Assembly (NCBI RefSeq): GCF_003324675.1
Contig: NZ_CP030918.1
Coordinates: 360,001 to 392,000, forward strand
Reading direction: 5' to 3'
DNA: 32,000 bases
DNA from: Paracoccus suum
Lineage (GTDB): Bacteria; Pseudomonadota; Alphaproteobacteria; Rhodobacterales; Rhodobacteraceae
How positions within the stretch are numbered: the first letter of the stretch is position 1; every line of letters begins with the position of its first letter. The position numbers were made by a program, and so were the translations under genes. Shown one piece after another: positions 15,807-24,429 of this stretch. Under the pieces are notes generated by a model. It made no database searches. It saw only the letters and a program-made list of their open reading frames with translations, and was not told the origin of the DNA.

Positions 15807-16907
15807 TCAGGACAGGCTGGCGCGGTAATCATCATAGCCGAAGGTCCGCACAGTGCGGATCGCCCCGTCAGCCTGGCGTATCGCAATGGCTGGCATGGCG
15901 ACGCCGTTGAACCAGTTCTTCTTGACCATTGTGTAACCGGCCGCATCGGCAATGCTGACCCGGTCGCCGATTTCCAGCGGGTGCGCGAACGCGGCCTCGC
16001 CGAAGATATCGCCCGCAAGACAGGTCTTGCCGGCGATCTGGTAGGCGTGATCGCCCGCGCTTGGCAGCTTGGCCTCCTCGCGGTAGATCAGCAGGTCCAG
16101 CATATGCGCCTCGGTCGAGCTGTCGACGATGGCGATGCGCTTGCCGTTGTCGAGCAGGTCGAGCACGCTGACCTCCAGCGTCGCCGACTGGGTGATGCTC
16201 GCCTCGCCCGGCTCGAGGTAGACCTGCACGCCATGGCGCTGGGCGAAAATCTGCAACCGCGCGGCCAACTCCTCCAGCGGATAGTCCTCGGCGGTGAAGT
16301 GGATGCCGCCGCCCAGCGAGACCCAGTCGAGGCGATCGAGGATGCCGCCGAATTCGGCCTCGATCCGGTCCAACTGGGCGCTGAACAGCTGAAAATCACG
16401 GTTCTCGCAGTTGTAATGGATCATCACGCCGCTGATGCGGTCCATCGCAGCCTCAAGCCGGTTCAGATCCCATTCGCCGAGGCGCGAGAAAGGGCGCGCC
16501 GGGTCTGCGAGGTCAAAGCCGCTGGTCGAAAAGCGCGGGTTCAGCCGCAGGCCGCGCGTGATCCCGTCCGCCGCGCCGGCGAAACGGTCGAGTTGGCCGA
16601 GGCTGTTGAAGATGATCTTGTCGGCATAACCCACAGCCTCGTCGATCTCGTGATCAGCCCAGGCCACGGAATAGGCGTGGGTTTCCTTGCCGAACTCCTC
16701 GCGCCCCAGCTTCAGCTCGAACAGCGAGGACGAGGTGGTGCCGTCCATGCTGTCACGCATCAGATCGAAAGCCGACCAGGTGGCGAAACATTTCAGCGCC
16801 AGCAGGCATTTCGCGCCCGACGCCTCGCGCAGGGCAGCGACGCGGGCCATGTTGGCACGCAGGCGTGCCTCGTCGATCAGATAGAAGGGAGTCGCGGGTT
16901 CGGACAT
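15807..16907 (-). CDS. nspC: Carboxynorspermidine/carboxyspermidine decarboxylase
   Basis: This is only the last 366 codons of tracked ORF 15807..18485. ATG at 16907 gives MSEPATPFYLIDEARLRANMARVAALREASGAKCLLALKCF... It is a PLP-dependent, alanine racemase-fold decarboxylase with the NspC-like ending ...GYTMVKKNWFNGVAMPAIAIR. Confidence 0.85.
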   Translation of the reverse strand: MSEPATPFYLIDEARLRANMARVAALREASGAKCLLALKCFATWSAFDLMRDSMDGTTSSSLFELKLGREEFGKETHAYSVAWADHEIDEAVGYADKIIFNSLGQLDRFAGAADGITRGLRLNPRFSTSGFDLADPARPFSRLGEWDLNRLEAAMDRISGVMIHYNCENRDFQLFSAQLDRIEAEFGGILDRLDWVSLGGGIHFTAEDYPLEELAARLQIFAQRHGVQVYLEPGEASITQSATLEVSVLDLLDNGKRIAIVDSSTEAHMLDLLIYREEAKLPSAGDHAYQIAGKTCLAGDIFGEAAFAHPLEIGDRVSIADAAGYTMVKKNWFNGVAMPAIAIRQADGAIRTVRTFGYDDYRASLS

Positions 16908-17045
16908 CGGCGGCGGTCTCCCTACTCTCGCGGCGTGATGCTGCCATATAGGGGCCGGCCCGGCAGGGTGCAACTTGACCGCCGGCGCGACCCCGCGTCC
17001 GGCGAACGCTGGCGCATGCAGGGAGGCGCGACTAGGATCGCGGCG

Positions 17046-18596
17046 ATGGACGATCTGCCCGCCCGGCCCCCGGCCCCCGTTTTCTCGCCTGATCAGGCCG
17101 CCGCCTGGGACACCCTCGCCGGCGATCTGGCCGCGGTCGGCGTCAGCCTGACGGGCGATGCCCCGCAGCCGCCCCAAGGCAGCCACGGCCGGGTCCGGGC
17201 GGTGCTGGGCAAGGCCGGCTCTGGCAAGACGCTGCTGCTGGCGCAACTGACGCGGGCGCTGCGCGAGGGCGGGGTCGAGGTGGTGTCGGGCGACTACGAA
17301 GGTCGCCGCAAGAAAGAGCGCCGCACCGTTGCGGTGCTCGCCCCGACCAACAAGGCTGCCTTCGTGCTGCGCACCCGCGGTGTTCCGGCGACGACCATCC
17401 ACCGCATCCTCTACACCCCGGTCTATGATCCCCAGTACGAAAAGCTGGCCGACTGGCTGGCCGGCACGGGCGAGCGACCCGAGATCGAGGGCATGACGCC
17501 CGAGGCAATGGATCGCGCCAGGGCCTTTTATGACGCCCATGCCTCGATCCCTGGCGCGCTTGCGGCGGCGGGGCTGCGCGGGTCGGACTTCATTACCGGC
17601 TGGAAACGGCGCGAGGACGGGTTGGACATCGGGCTGGTGGACGAGGCCTCGATGCTCGACCAGCGCCAGTTCGATGACCTGCGTGAGATCTTCCCGACCT
17701 TGGTCCTGTTTGGCGATCCGGCCCAGTTGGCGCCGGTCGGGCAATCGGGCGCGATGGTGTTCGACAGTCTCAAGTCCTCGCAAAAGCTGATCCTCGACCG
17801 GGTGCACCGCCAGGCAGATGACAGCCCGATCCTGGATCTGGCCCATGCCCTGGGCGATCCCGCGGTGGATTTTCCGGCATTCGAGCGTCTGGTCGCCGAT
17901 GCGGCGCGGCGCGATGCCCGGGTGGTCTGGGCCGAGCGCGTCGATGTCGACCTGCTGGCCCGCAGCCCGGTCCTGGTCTGGCGCAACGCCACGCGGGTGC
18001 GCCTGATCACCGCGTTTCGCGCCGCCCATGGCGCGCCGGGCGATGCGCTGCTGCCGGGGGAGCCGCTGATCTGCGACGGGATCGAGTTGCCGCTGAAGCA
18101 CCGCAAGAAGCGCATCGACCTTGAGGCGCGGGGCCTCATCAAGGGGGCGCAGGTGGTCTATCTCGGACCCGGCCGCAGCCCGGGCTTTGCCCGCCTGCAC
18201 GTTGTCGGGGCCGAGGATCCGCGCCTCTCGGCCGCCTCCATCATCAAGATCGAACTGCCCGGCGAGGAGGAACCCTTCATTCCTTCGGCCGCGCGCATGG
18301 GCGCGGCGTTCCTGCACGGCGCGGCCGTCACCATCCACAAGGCGCAGGGCAGCCAGTGGCCGGACGTGCAGGTCTTTGCCCCCGACATCGCCGCCGCGGC
18401 CTGGGCGGGGCGAATCGAGGCGGGCATCCCACTTTGGAAGCGCCTGGCCTATGTCGCGATCACGCGCGCGCAGGAACGCCTGCACTGGATCGTCCGCCCG
18501 CGTTTGTCACGCCCGACAAGGCCGCTGACGCTGGACGATCTGGATGCCGTGCGCGGCGCGCCGCTGGCGCTGCTGCCCGAGGCGGATGAGGGGTGA
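17046..18596 (+). CDS. SF1B (RecD/Pif1/Dda-like) ATP-dependent DNA helicase / AAA ATPase
   Basis: This is only the last ~516 codons of tracked ORF 14142..18596. The start is ATG 17046 (AGGA 8 nt upstream) or ATG 17016. Helicase motifs present: Walker A GKAGSGKT, Ia APTNKAA, Walker B LVDEASML, III FGDPAQLAPV, IV VHRQ, V TIHKAQGSQW and VI YVAITRA. Confidence 0.85.
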   Translation: MDDLPARPPAPVFSPDQAAAWDTLAGDLAAVGVSLTGDAPQPPQGSHGRVRAVLGKAGSGKTLLLAQLTRALREGGVEVVSGDYEGRRKKERRTVAVLAPTNKAAFVLRTRGVPATTIHRILYTPVYDPQYEKLADWLAGTGERPEIEGMTPEAMDRARAFYDAHASIPGALAAAGLRGSDFITGWKRREDGLDIGLVDEASMLDQRQFDDLREIFPTLVLFGDPAQLAPVGQSGAMVFDSLKSSQKLILDRVHRQADDSPILDLAHALGDPAVDFPAFERLVADAARRDARVVWAERVDVDLLARSPVLVWRNATRVRLITAFRAAHGAPGDALLPGEPLICDGIELPLKHRKKRIDLEARGLIKGAQVVYLGPGRSPGFARLHVVGAEDPRLSAASIIKIELPGEEEPFIPSAARMGAAFLHGAAVTIHKAQGSQWPDVQVFAPDIAAAAWAGRIEAGIPLWKRLAYVAITRAQERLHWIVRPRLSRPTRPLTLDDLDAVRGAPLALLPEADEG

Positions 18597-18874
18597 GGAT
18601 CGCCTTGGGGGGCGGGCCGTTCGGTAAATCCACCAGGTGCGGTCCAGGAAATCGACGGCACTTTGGCGCCCCAGTCGGACGCCCGTCCCCCGTCAAAGAT
18701 CGTTCGGCATGAGTTTGGCCGCCGCTTTCCTATCTCGCTTCGCGAGCGTCAGGTTCAAGAACCCCGGACCAGCCGCTCATCTGACATCTGGTCAGGCCCT
18801 CGAACGCTGGTTGAAGATCACTAAGCGACTCTTGCTTACCCTCCTCGCGCGGCCATGCGGTGCGCACAGGTTGA

Positions 18875-21052
18875 CTAACTGATCGCGCCGACCACCTCCA
18901 ACTCGCGGCGCGGTTCGGTTTCCGAACCCGCTGGCCAGCGGTCGGCGGAAGGAACTGCGGGACGCGCCCGGGGTGGCCGCCGCAGCGGGTCAGGGACTGC
19001 CGCCCCCTCGGCGACCCCGTCAGGCAGCGCGGACTGGGCGTCGTAGAGGCCGTGCAAAGTCTTGTCCCAATAGAAAGGATGCGCGACGACCTCGTAAATT
19101 GCTTTCCACGCCGCCAGACAGCCGAGCGGGAAATATAGCCAAGTGGACGGCACCCAGAGGGACAGGTGCCGCCGTGCCGGTGCCCTGACGGCCCAGGCGC
19201 CGACCACAAGGTTCACCACCTCGGCCGTGATCAGGGCGCCGACGAACAGCGCCATCCCCCGTCCGCCGGCGAGCGGTTTGATGACCCCTGCCATCGGATG
19301 GCCAAGGCCGAGGCAGAGCAGCCAATAGCTCCACAGCACGGGCGCGATCAGAAAGCCGACCACCGTGCCGGCCAGCTGCAATTGGAAGCTGACAAAGGCG
19401 CGCGGGCCGATGTCATGCCATAGCGCACGGGGCCGGCGCATATGCACCAGCCAGGTCATGAAATACCCTTTGTGCCAGCGTGATCGCTGCTTGACCCAGG
19501 CGCGGGGGCGGCAATTCGCCTCCTCATGGGTGACGGTATCCACCATCTCGGTGCGGTAGCCGTGGCGCATGAGGCGCAGGCCGAGATCGGCATCCTCGGT
19601 CACGTTCCACGCGTCCCAGCCGCCGACCTCGGCCAGGGCGTCGCGTCGAAAGAACAGGGTGGTTCCGCCCAGCGGGACGACCAGCCCGAGGCGCGCCATG
19701 CCCGGCAGGATGGCACGGAACCAACTGGCGTATTCGATGGTGAAACAGCGCGCCATCCAGTTGGTGCGGGGGTTGTAGAAATCCAGCACACCTTGCAGGC
19801 ACACCACCTCGGGCGGGGCGGCGGCGAAATGGCGGGCGATCTTGTGCAGTTGCTCGGGCTCGGGCCAGTCCTCGGCGTCCCAGACCCCGATGATGCTGCC
19901 GCGGCAGAAGTTCTGGGCATAGTTCAGCGCCCGCGGCTTGGTCCGCAAGGGGCCGTCTGGCACCACGACGACGCGCATCCAGCGCGGCAGCGAGGCTGCC
20001 GCCAGGGCATCGCGAGTCAGCATGTCGCATTCCTCGACCACAAGAACGATGTCGGTCAGCTCGCTCGGATAGGTGAGGGCCGACAGGCGCCCGACGAGGC
20101 GGGCGGCGATATCTTCCTCGCGAAACATCGGCACCATGACCGAGATGACGGGCAGCGGCTGACGCATCTGTGCCGGGCTGCGCTGCAACTCTGCATAGGC
20201 GCGACGCTCTGCCATGATAGCGGCGTCCGCGCGCAGGCGGGCCGCGAAAGCGGCGGCCTTCATCACCGAGGCGGCGGCCAGCAGCCCCAGCGCCAGCAGC
20301 GATAGCCCGGCGAGGACGGATAGCGGCGCCGCCGCCAGCCCGACCGCGAGCGCACCGAGGATCAGGACGGCGACCTCACCCACCCGGCGCTCGTCCCGCG
20401 TGCGACAACTGAGCGCGGCGGGGGTGCGCAATTCGGCCTCGCGGATCAGGCGGGTGCGGCGGGTGGCGAGGATCGCGGCCTGCAGCCCGGCCTCGTCGGT
20501 CAGCACCATGCGCGCCTGGGCAAAGGCGGGCGGCAGCAGGGCGAGCGCGGCCTCGAAACCTTCGGGACGGCACGTGGCGACAAAGGGGATGCCGCCGATG
20601 CGGCGCCACGGCACCACCCCATGGGCGAGGCACAGCGGTGCGCCAAGGGCGTCGATCATGCGCGGATCGGGCGGGCTATGGGCCAAATCGACATGGCCGG
20701 TGCGCCAATGCCGGGCCAGTGCCCGCCGCAGGCCGGCGTCCGTCAGCCAGCCGCGCGCGATCAGGATCTCGGCCAGCGGCGCATCCTCGCGCTGCTGGAT
20801 CACGGAGGCCTTCAGCAGATCGCCTGACCGCACCTCGCCCGCATCGAGCAGGATCTGCCCGAGCGAGGGCGGCCGCCGCACCGCCGAATCGGCCGTCCCT
20901 TGCTGAGGCGGAGCCATTCCGCGCCGCAGCGGAACCACGCGGCGGTCTGACGGGGATTTTTCTCCAAGCAGATCAGTCTGATCCCTGCGGGCAGCGGACG
21001 AAACTGCGCCGATCGGAATGACGACTGGTTGGATCATGATGGCCCCGCGCAT
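18875..21052 (-). CDS. Membrane-embedded processive family-2 glycosyltransferase with N-terminal T2SS-E N-domain (MshEN-like) module
   Basis: 725-aa ORF. Residues 63-115 carry two tandem LGxxLLxxG..L...L..Q-type motifs. Two TM helices lie at about aa 225-265. The GT2 core has DAED (392-395), TED (485-487) and QRSRW (522-526). About four C-terminal TM helices and a Pro/Arg-rich tail follow. Confidence 0.85.
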   Translation of the reverse strand: MRGAIMIQPVVIPIGAVSSAARRDQTDLLGEKSPSDRRVVPLRRGMAPPQQGTADSAVRRPPSLGQILLDAGEVRSGDLLKASVIQQREDAPLAEILIARGWLTDAGLRRALARHWRTGHVDLAHSPPDPRMIDALGAPLCLAHGVVPWRRIGGIPFVATCRPEGFEAALALLPPAFAQARMVLTDEAGLQAAILATRRTRLIREAELRTPAALSCRTRDERRVGEVAVLILGALAVGLAAAPLSVLAGLSLLALGLLAAASVMKAAAFAARLRADAAIMAERRAYAELQRSPAQMRQPLPVISVMVPMFREEDIAARLVGRLSALTYPSELTDIVLVVEECDMLTRDALAAASLPRWMRVVVVPDGPLRTKPRALNYAQNFCRGSIIGVWDAEDWPEPEQLHKIARHFAAAPPEVVCLQGVLDFYNPRTNWMARCFTIEYASWFRAILPGMARLGLVVPLGGTTLFFRRDALAEVGGWDAWNVTEDADLGLRLMRHGYRTEMVDTVTHEEANCRPRAWVKQRSRWHKGYFMTWLVHMRRPRALWHDIGPRAFVSFQLQLAGTVVGFLIAPVLWSYWLLCLGLGHPMAGVIKPLAGGRGMALFVGALITAEVVNLVVGAWAVRAPARRHLSLWVPSTWLYFPLGCLAAWKAIYEVVAHPFYWDKTLHGLYDAQSALPDGVAEGAAVPDPLRRPPRARPAVPSADRWPAGSETEPRRELEVVGAIS

Positions 21053-21113
21053 ATCAGCGGGGCCAGATTGGCGGGGTAAAGCCTAAGAAACCGTTAAGGC
21101 CAGCCTGCCCAGG

Positions 21114-22283
21114 TCAATCGGCGCGACGGGTGCGCATCTCGGTCGCGAAGCGGTCGAACAGATAGGCGCTGTCCTGCGGGCCGGGGCTCGCCTCGGGGTG
21201 ATACTGGACCGAGAACACGGGCCGCCCGCTCAACTCGATCCCGCAGTTCGAGCCGTCGAACAGGCTGACATGGGTTTCGACCACGCCATCGGGCAGGCTT
21301 TGCGCGTCGACTGCAAAGCCGTGGTTCATCGAGGTGATCTCGACCCGGCCATCGGCGTTGCGGCGCACCGGGTGGTTGGCGCCGTGGTGGCCATGGCTCA
21401 TCTTGATGGTCCGGGCGCCGACGGCGAGGGCAAGCATCTGGTGGCCGAGGCAGATGCCGAACAACGGCAGGTCGGGCTGGTCAAGCAACTCGCGGATCAT
21501 CGGCACGGCGTACTCACCCGTCGCCTCGGGATCACCGGGGCCGTTGGACAGGAATACCCCCTCGGGATTGTGCGAGAGCACCTCGGCCGCAGTGGCGGTG
21601 GCAGGCAGCACGACGATTTCGGCCCCGGTCTGGGCCAGCGAGCGCAGGATGTCGCGCTTGGCGCCGTAGTCGACCGCAACCACCTTCAGCGGGCGGTCCG
21701 CCTCCGGGTCGGCCGCGGCGAAACCCTCGCCCCACTGCCACAGCCGCTCGTCCCAACGATAGCTTTGCCGGCAGCTGACCTCGCGCGCGAGGTCCAGACC
21801 GACGAGACCCGGCCAGCCGCGGGCGCGGCGCAGCATGTCCTCGATGTCGAACTCGCCATCCGCGTTGTGGGCCAGTACGCCATGCGGGGCCCCCTGCTGG
21901 CGGATCGCGCGCGTCAGGCGGCGGGTGTCGAGGCCGCCGATGCCGATCCGCCCGCGACGGCGCATCCAGTCGTCCAGCTCGCCCGCCGCGCGCCAGTTCG
22001 AGGCCTGGGTCGGATCCCAGCGCACCACGATCCCGGCCGCCACAGGATCGGTAGCCTGGTCATCCTCGGCGGTGATGCCGGTGTTGCCGATATGCGGGAA
22101 GGTAAAGGTGACCACCTGCCCCGCGTAGGAAGGATCGGTCATGATTTCCTGATAGCCGGTCATCGCGGTGTTGAAGACCAGTTCGGCCACCACCTCGCCC
22201 GTCGCGCCGAAGCCGCGACCGTAGAACACGTCGCCATCGGCGGTGACAAGGCAGGCGGTCGGGCGGTCTGACGGGTCGGACAT
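21114..22283 (-). CDS. carA: Carbamoyl-phosphate synthase small (glutamine amidotransferase) subunit
   Basis: 389-aa ORF. The CPSase small-chain N-domain is present (FNTAMTGYQEIMTDPSYAGQVVTFTFPHIGNTG). So is the class-I GATase triad context (FGICLGHQMLAL, VQYHPE). Confidence 0.95.
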   Translation of the reverse strand: MSDPSDRPTACLVTADGDVFYGRGFGATGEVVAELVFNTAMTGYQEIMTDPSYAGQVVTFTFPHIGNTGITAEDDQATDPVAAGIVVRWDPTQASNWRAAGELDDWMRRRGRIGIGGLDTRRLTRAIRQQGAPHGVLAHNADGEFDIEDMLRRARGWPGLVGLDLAREVSCRQSYRWDERLWQWGEGFAAADPEADRPLKVVAVDYGAKRDILRSLAQTGAEIVVLPATATAAEVLSHNPEGVFLSNGPGDPEATGEYAVPMIRELLDQPDLPLFGICLGHQMLALAVGARTIKMSHGHHGANHPVRRNADGRVEITSMNHGFAVDAQSLPDGVVETHVSLFDGSNCGIELSGRPVFSVQYHPEASPGPQDSAYLFDRFATEMRTRRAD

Positions 22284-22428
22284 GGGGACACCAGCGGCTG
22301 AAAGGGGCGGGACCGGGCTTAGGCGCGGGGCGGGCGGCGGTCAAGCGGGGGGCACCGGCCGGGGCGGTTTCCCATGGCGGCCAGTTCGCCTATCATGACG
22401 CGGCAAAATCACGGCGGAAGGATAAGAC

Positions 22429-22905
22429 ATGGATCTGCGCGAGCGGCTGGCGGACGAGACCAAGGTTGCGATGCGCGCCCGTGACGCCGAGCGTCTGTCG
22501 ACGCTGCGCCTGATGGCAGCAGCGATCAAGGATCGCGAGATCGCCCATCGTGGCGAGGCCGGGGTCGACAGCGCGCTGACAGATGCCGACCTGTCGGCCC
22601 TGCTGGCCAAGATGATCAAGCAGCGCCAGGAATCGGCCCGCGCCTACGAGGAAGGCGGCCGGCTGGAGCTGGCGGCCAAGGAACAGGCCGAGGTAGCCCT
22701 GATCCAGGAATTCCTGCCCCGCCAACTGGACCCGGCCGAGGTCGACGCCGCCATCGAAGCCGCCATCGCCGCGACCGGAGCCACCGGCCTGCGCGACATG
22801 GGCGCCGCGATGAACGAGTTGCGTGCCCGCCACGCCGGGCAGATGGACTTTGGCAAAGCCGGCGCCGCGCTTAAGGCGCGCCTCATGCAGCAGGGAGCCG
22901 GATGA
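22429..22905 (+). CDS. GatB/YqeY domain-containing protein
   Basis: 158-aa ORF, divergent from carA. MDLRERLADETKVAMRARDAERLSTLRLMAAAIKDREI...KQRQESARAYEEGGRLELAAKEQAEVALIQEFLP is the typical YqeY sequence. Confidence 0.85.
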   Translation: MDLRERLADETKVAMRARDAERLSTLRLMAAAIKDREIAHRGEAGVDSALTDADLSALLAKMIKQRQESARAYEEGGRLELAAKEQAEVALIQEFLPRQLDPAEVDAAIEAAIAATGATGLRDMGAAMNELRARHAGQMDFGKAGAALKARLMQQGAG

Positions 22906-23090
22906 TGAAAGCGACGTCCAAGGCCCAACAGCACGCCGCCGGCGCCGCCCTGTCGGCCAAGCGCGGCGAGACCAAGGTCAGCGACCTGAAGGGTGCCAGC
23001 CGCGAGATGTATGACAGCATGACCGAAGCCGAGTTGGACGAGATGGCCTCGGTCAAGGCCTCGCGCCTGCCCGAGCACAAGGACGAGTGA
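22902..23090 (+). CDS. Small conserved protein (DUF3008-like, from memory)
   Basis: 62-aa ORF with an ATGA overlap with the yqeY-like gene at 22902-22905. KAQQHAAGAALSAKRGETKVSDLKGASREMYDSMTEAELDEMAS resembles the small KAQQ..AGAALAAKRGE family. Confidence 0.6.
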   Translation: MMKATSKAQQHAAGAALSAKRGETKVSDLKGASREMYDSMTEAELDEMASVKASRLPEHKDE

Positions 23091-23100
23091 CTGGCGGCGC

Positions 23101-23631
23101 TCAGGCGCCCTCGAACGCACACAGCGCCTGGACGGGCAGGCCCAGCGCCTCGATGCGCTCGCGCCCGCCGAGCGCCGGCAGTTCGATCACGAAGCCGCAG
23201 CCGATCACCTCGGCGCCAAGCCGGCGGCAGAGGCGGATCCCGGCCTCGGCCGTGCCGCCGGTGGCCAGCAGGTCGTCCACGATCAGCACCCGCTCGCCGC
23301 GCAGCAAGGCGTCGTCATGCACCTCCAGCACCGCCTCGCCATATTCCAGGACGTAGCTTTCGCTGATGACGGCGCCGGGCAGCTTACCCTTTTTGCGGAT
23401 CGGCACGAAGCCGGTGCCAAGCTGATGGGCGACGGCGCCCCCAAGGATAAAGCCACGCGCCTCAAGCCCCGCGACCTTGTCGATGTCCATCCCGGCCCAG
23501 GGGTGTAGCAGCTGATCGACGGCCATCCGAAAGCCGCGGGCATCGGCAAAGAGCGTGGTCACGTCGCGAAAGACGATCCCCTCATGCGGGAAATCGACGA
23601 TGCTGCGGATGTAGTCCTTGACGGTTTTCAC
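23101..23631 (-). CDS. apt: Adenine phosphoribosyltransferase
   Basis: This is the last 176 codons of tracked ORF 23101..23826. GTG at 23631 gives (M)[26 protein letters not shown]... The PRPP motif [13 protein letters not shown] is present. The GTG overlaps the upstream stop (GTGA). Confidence 0.9.
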   Translation of the reverse strand: MKTVKDYIRSIVDFPHEGIVFRDVTTLFADARGFRMAVDQLLHPWAGMDIDKVAGLEARGFILGGAVAHQLGTGFVPIRKKGKLPGAVISESYVLEYGEAVLEVHDDALLRGERVLIVDDLLATGGTAEAGIRLCRRLGAEVIGCGFVIELPALGGRERIEALGLPVQALCAFEGA

Positions 23632-24227
23632 GGCCGCTCCATCTCGAACATGTCGGTGATGACGGCGTAATCCTTGTATCCGGCGCGCGCCAGCCAGCCG
23701 CCGGCCGCGCGGGCGTCGAACCGGCCATCGACAACGCAGTCCTCGCGCAGATGGATGCCGGTCGCGACGCCGATCACCAGCCAGTTGGCCACACCCGCCA
23801 GCGGAAGCACCTGCGTTGCCCGGCATTCGATTGACGCCGGGGCGTCAGCCACGCGCAGGCAGTCGATGGTCTCGCAGGGGATCGCACGGATCGCGCAGGC
23901 GTCGAATTCGCTGGTGCCCGCAGGAAGTGCCGCAGACGAGGCGACCACTGCGGCACGGTGATCAAAGCCAGCGATGTTGACGCAGAATACCCCGGTCTCG
24001 ACGATATGGGCCACACTGTCCTTGGTGCCAGGGCGGTCGCCCTTGGCCGAGGTCGAGGCGAACATCAGCTGCGGCGGCTGATAGGCTACGGCATTGAAAA
24101 AGCTGTAGGGCGCCAGGTTGTCGCCATCCGCGCCACGGGTCGAGATCCAGCCGATCGGCCGCGGCGCGATCAGCGCGTTCCAGGGATTGTGGGGCAGGCC
24201 GTGGCCGGCCTCGGGGCGATAGAACAT
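23628..24227 (-). CDS. Flavin reductase family protein (FMN-binding split barrel)
   Basis: This is the last 199 codons of tracked ORF 23628..24512. ATG at 24227 is preceded by AAGGGA. The sequence [56 protein letters not shown] is typical of the flavin reductase-like domain. Confidence 0.8.
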   Translation of the reverse strand: MFYRPEAGHGLPHNPWNALIAPRPIGWISTRGADGDNLAPYSFFNAVAYQPPQLMFASTSAKGDRPGTKDSVAHIVETGVFCVNIAGFDHRAAVVASSAALPAGTSEFDACAIRAIPCETIDCLRVADAPASIECRATQVLPLAGVANWLVIGVATGIHLREDCVVDGRFDARAAGGWLARAGYKDYAVITDMFEMERP

Positions 24228-24429
24228 GGTCGGTCCCTTCCTTGCGCGTGCCGTATCCGCATCACGGAATGTAGCATGCGCGCAAGGGGGGCATGTAACA
24301 GCGCCAGCACCAGCACGGCGCCCTGCGGCCGCTTTCCCTCGATCCCGGGTCATGGTATCGGGCGCCGCGTTTCGCCACGCGCCACGCGCTGCCCGCCGCC
24401 ACCCGAAAATCTCTGCCGAGGGCCGCTGC

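Noticed and set aside
15807-18485. 892-aa minus-strand ORF in the track
   Set aside because: Only the C-terminal 366 codons (from ATG 16907) are carboxynorspermidine decarboxylase. The N-terminal part is antisense to the helicase gene and has junk composition.
14142-18596. Giant 1484-aa plus-strand ORF in the track
   Set aside because: Only its last ~516 codons (from 17046) have helicase motifs. The upstream two-thirds runs antisense to three well-supported minus-strand genes (exoD, CANSDH, nspC). It is Arg/Gly/Ala/Asp-rich and typical of GC-rich shadow ORFs.
18637-18882. 81-aa ORF in the helicase/GT2 spacer as a real small protein
   Set aside because: It has no ribosome-binding site and weak GC3 bias. 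It is Arg/Leu/Ser-rich, and its end overlaps the GT2 stop region. Evidence is insufficient.
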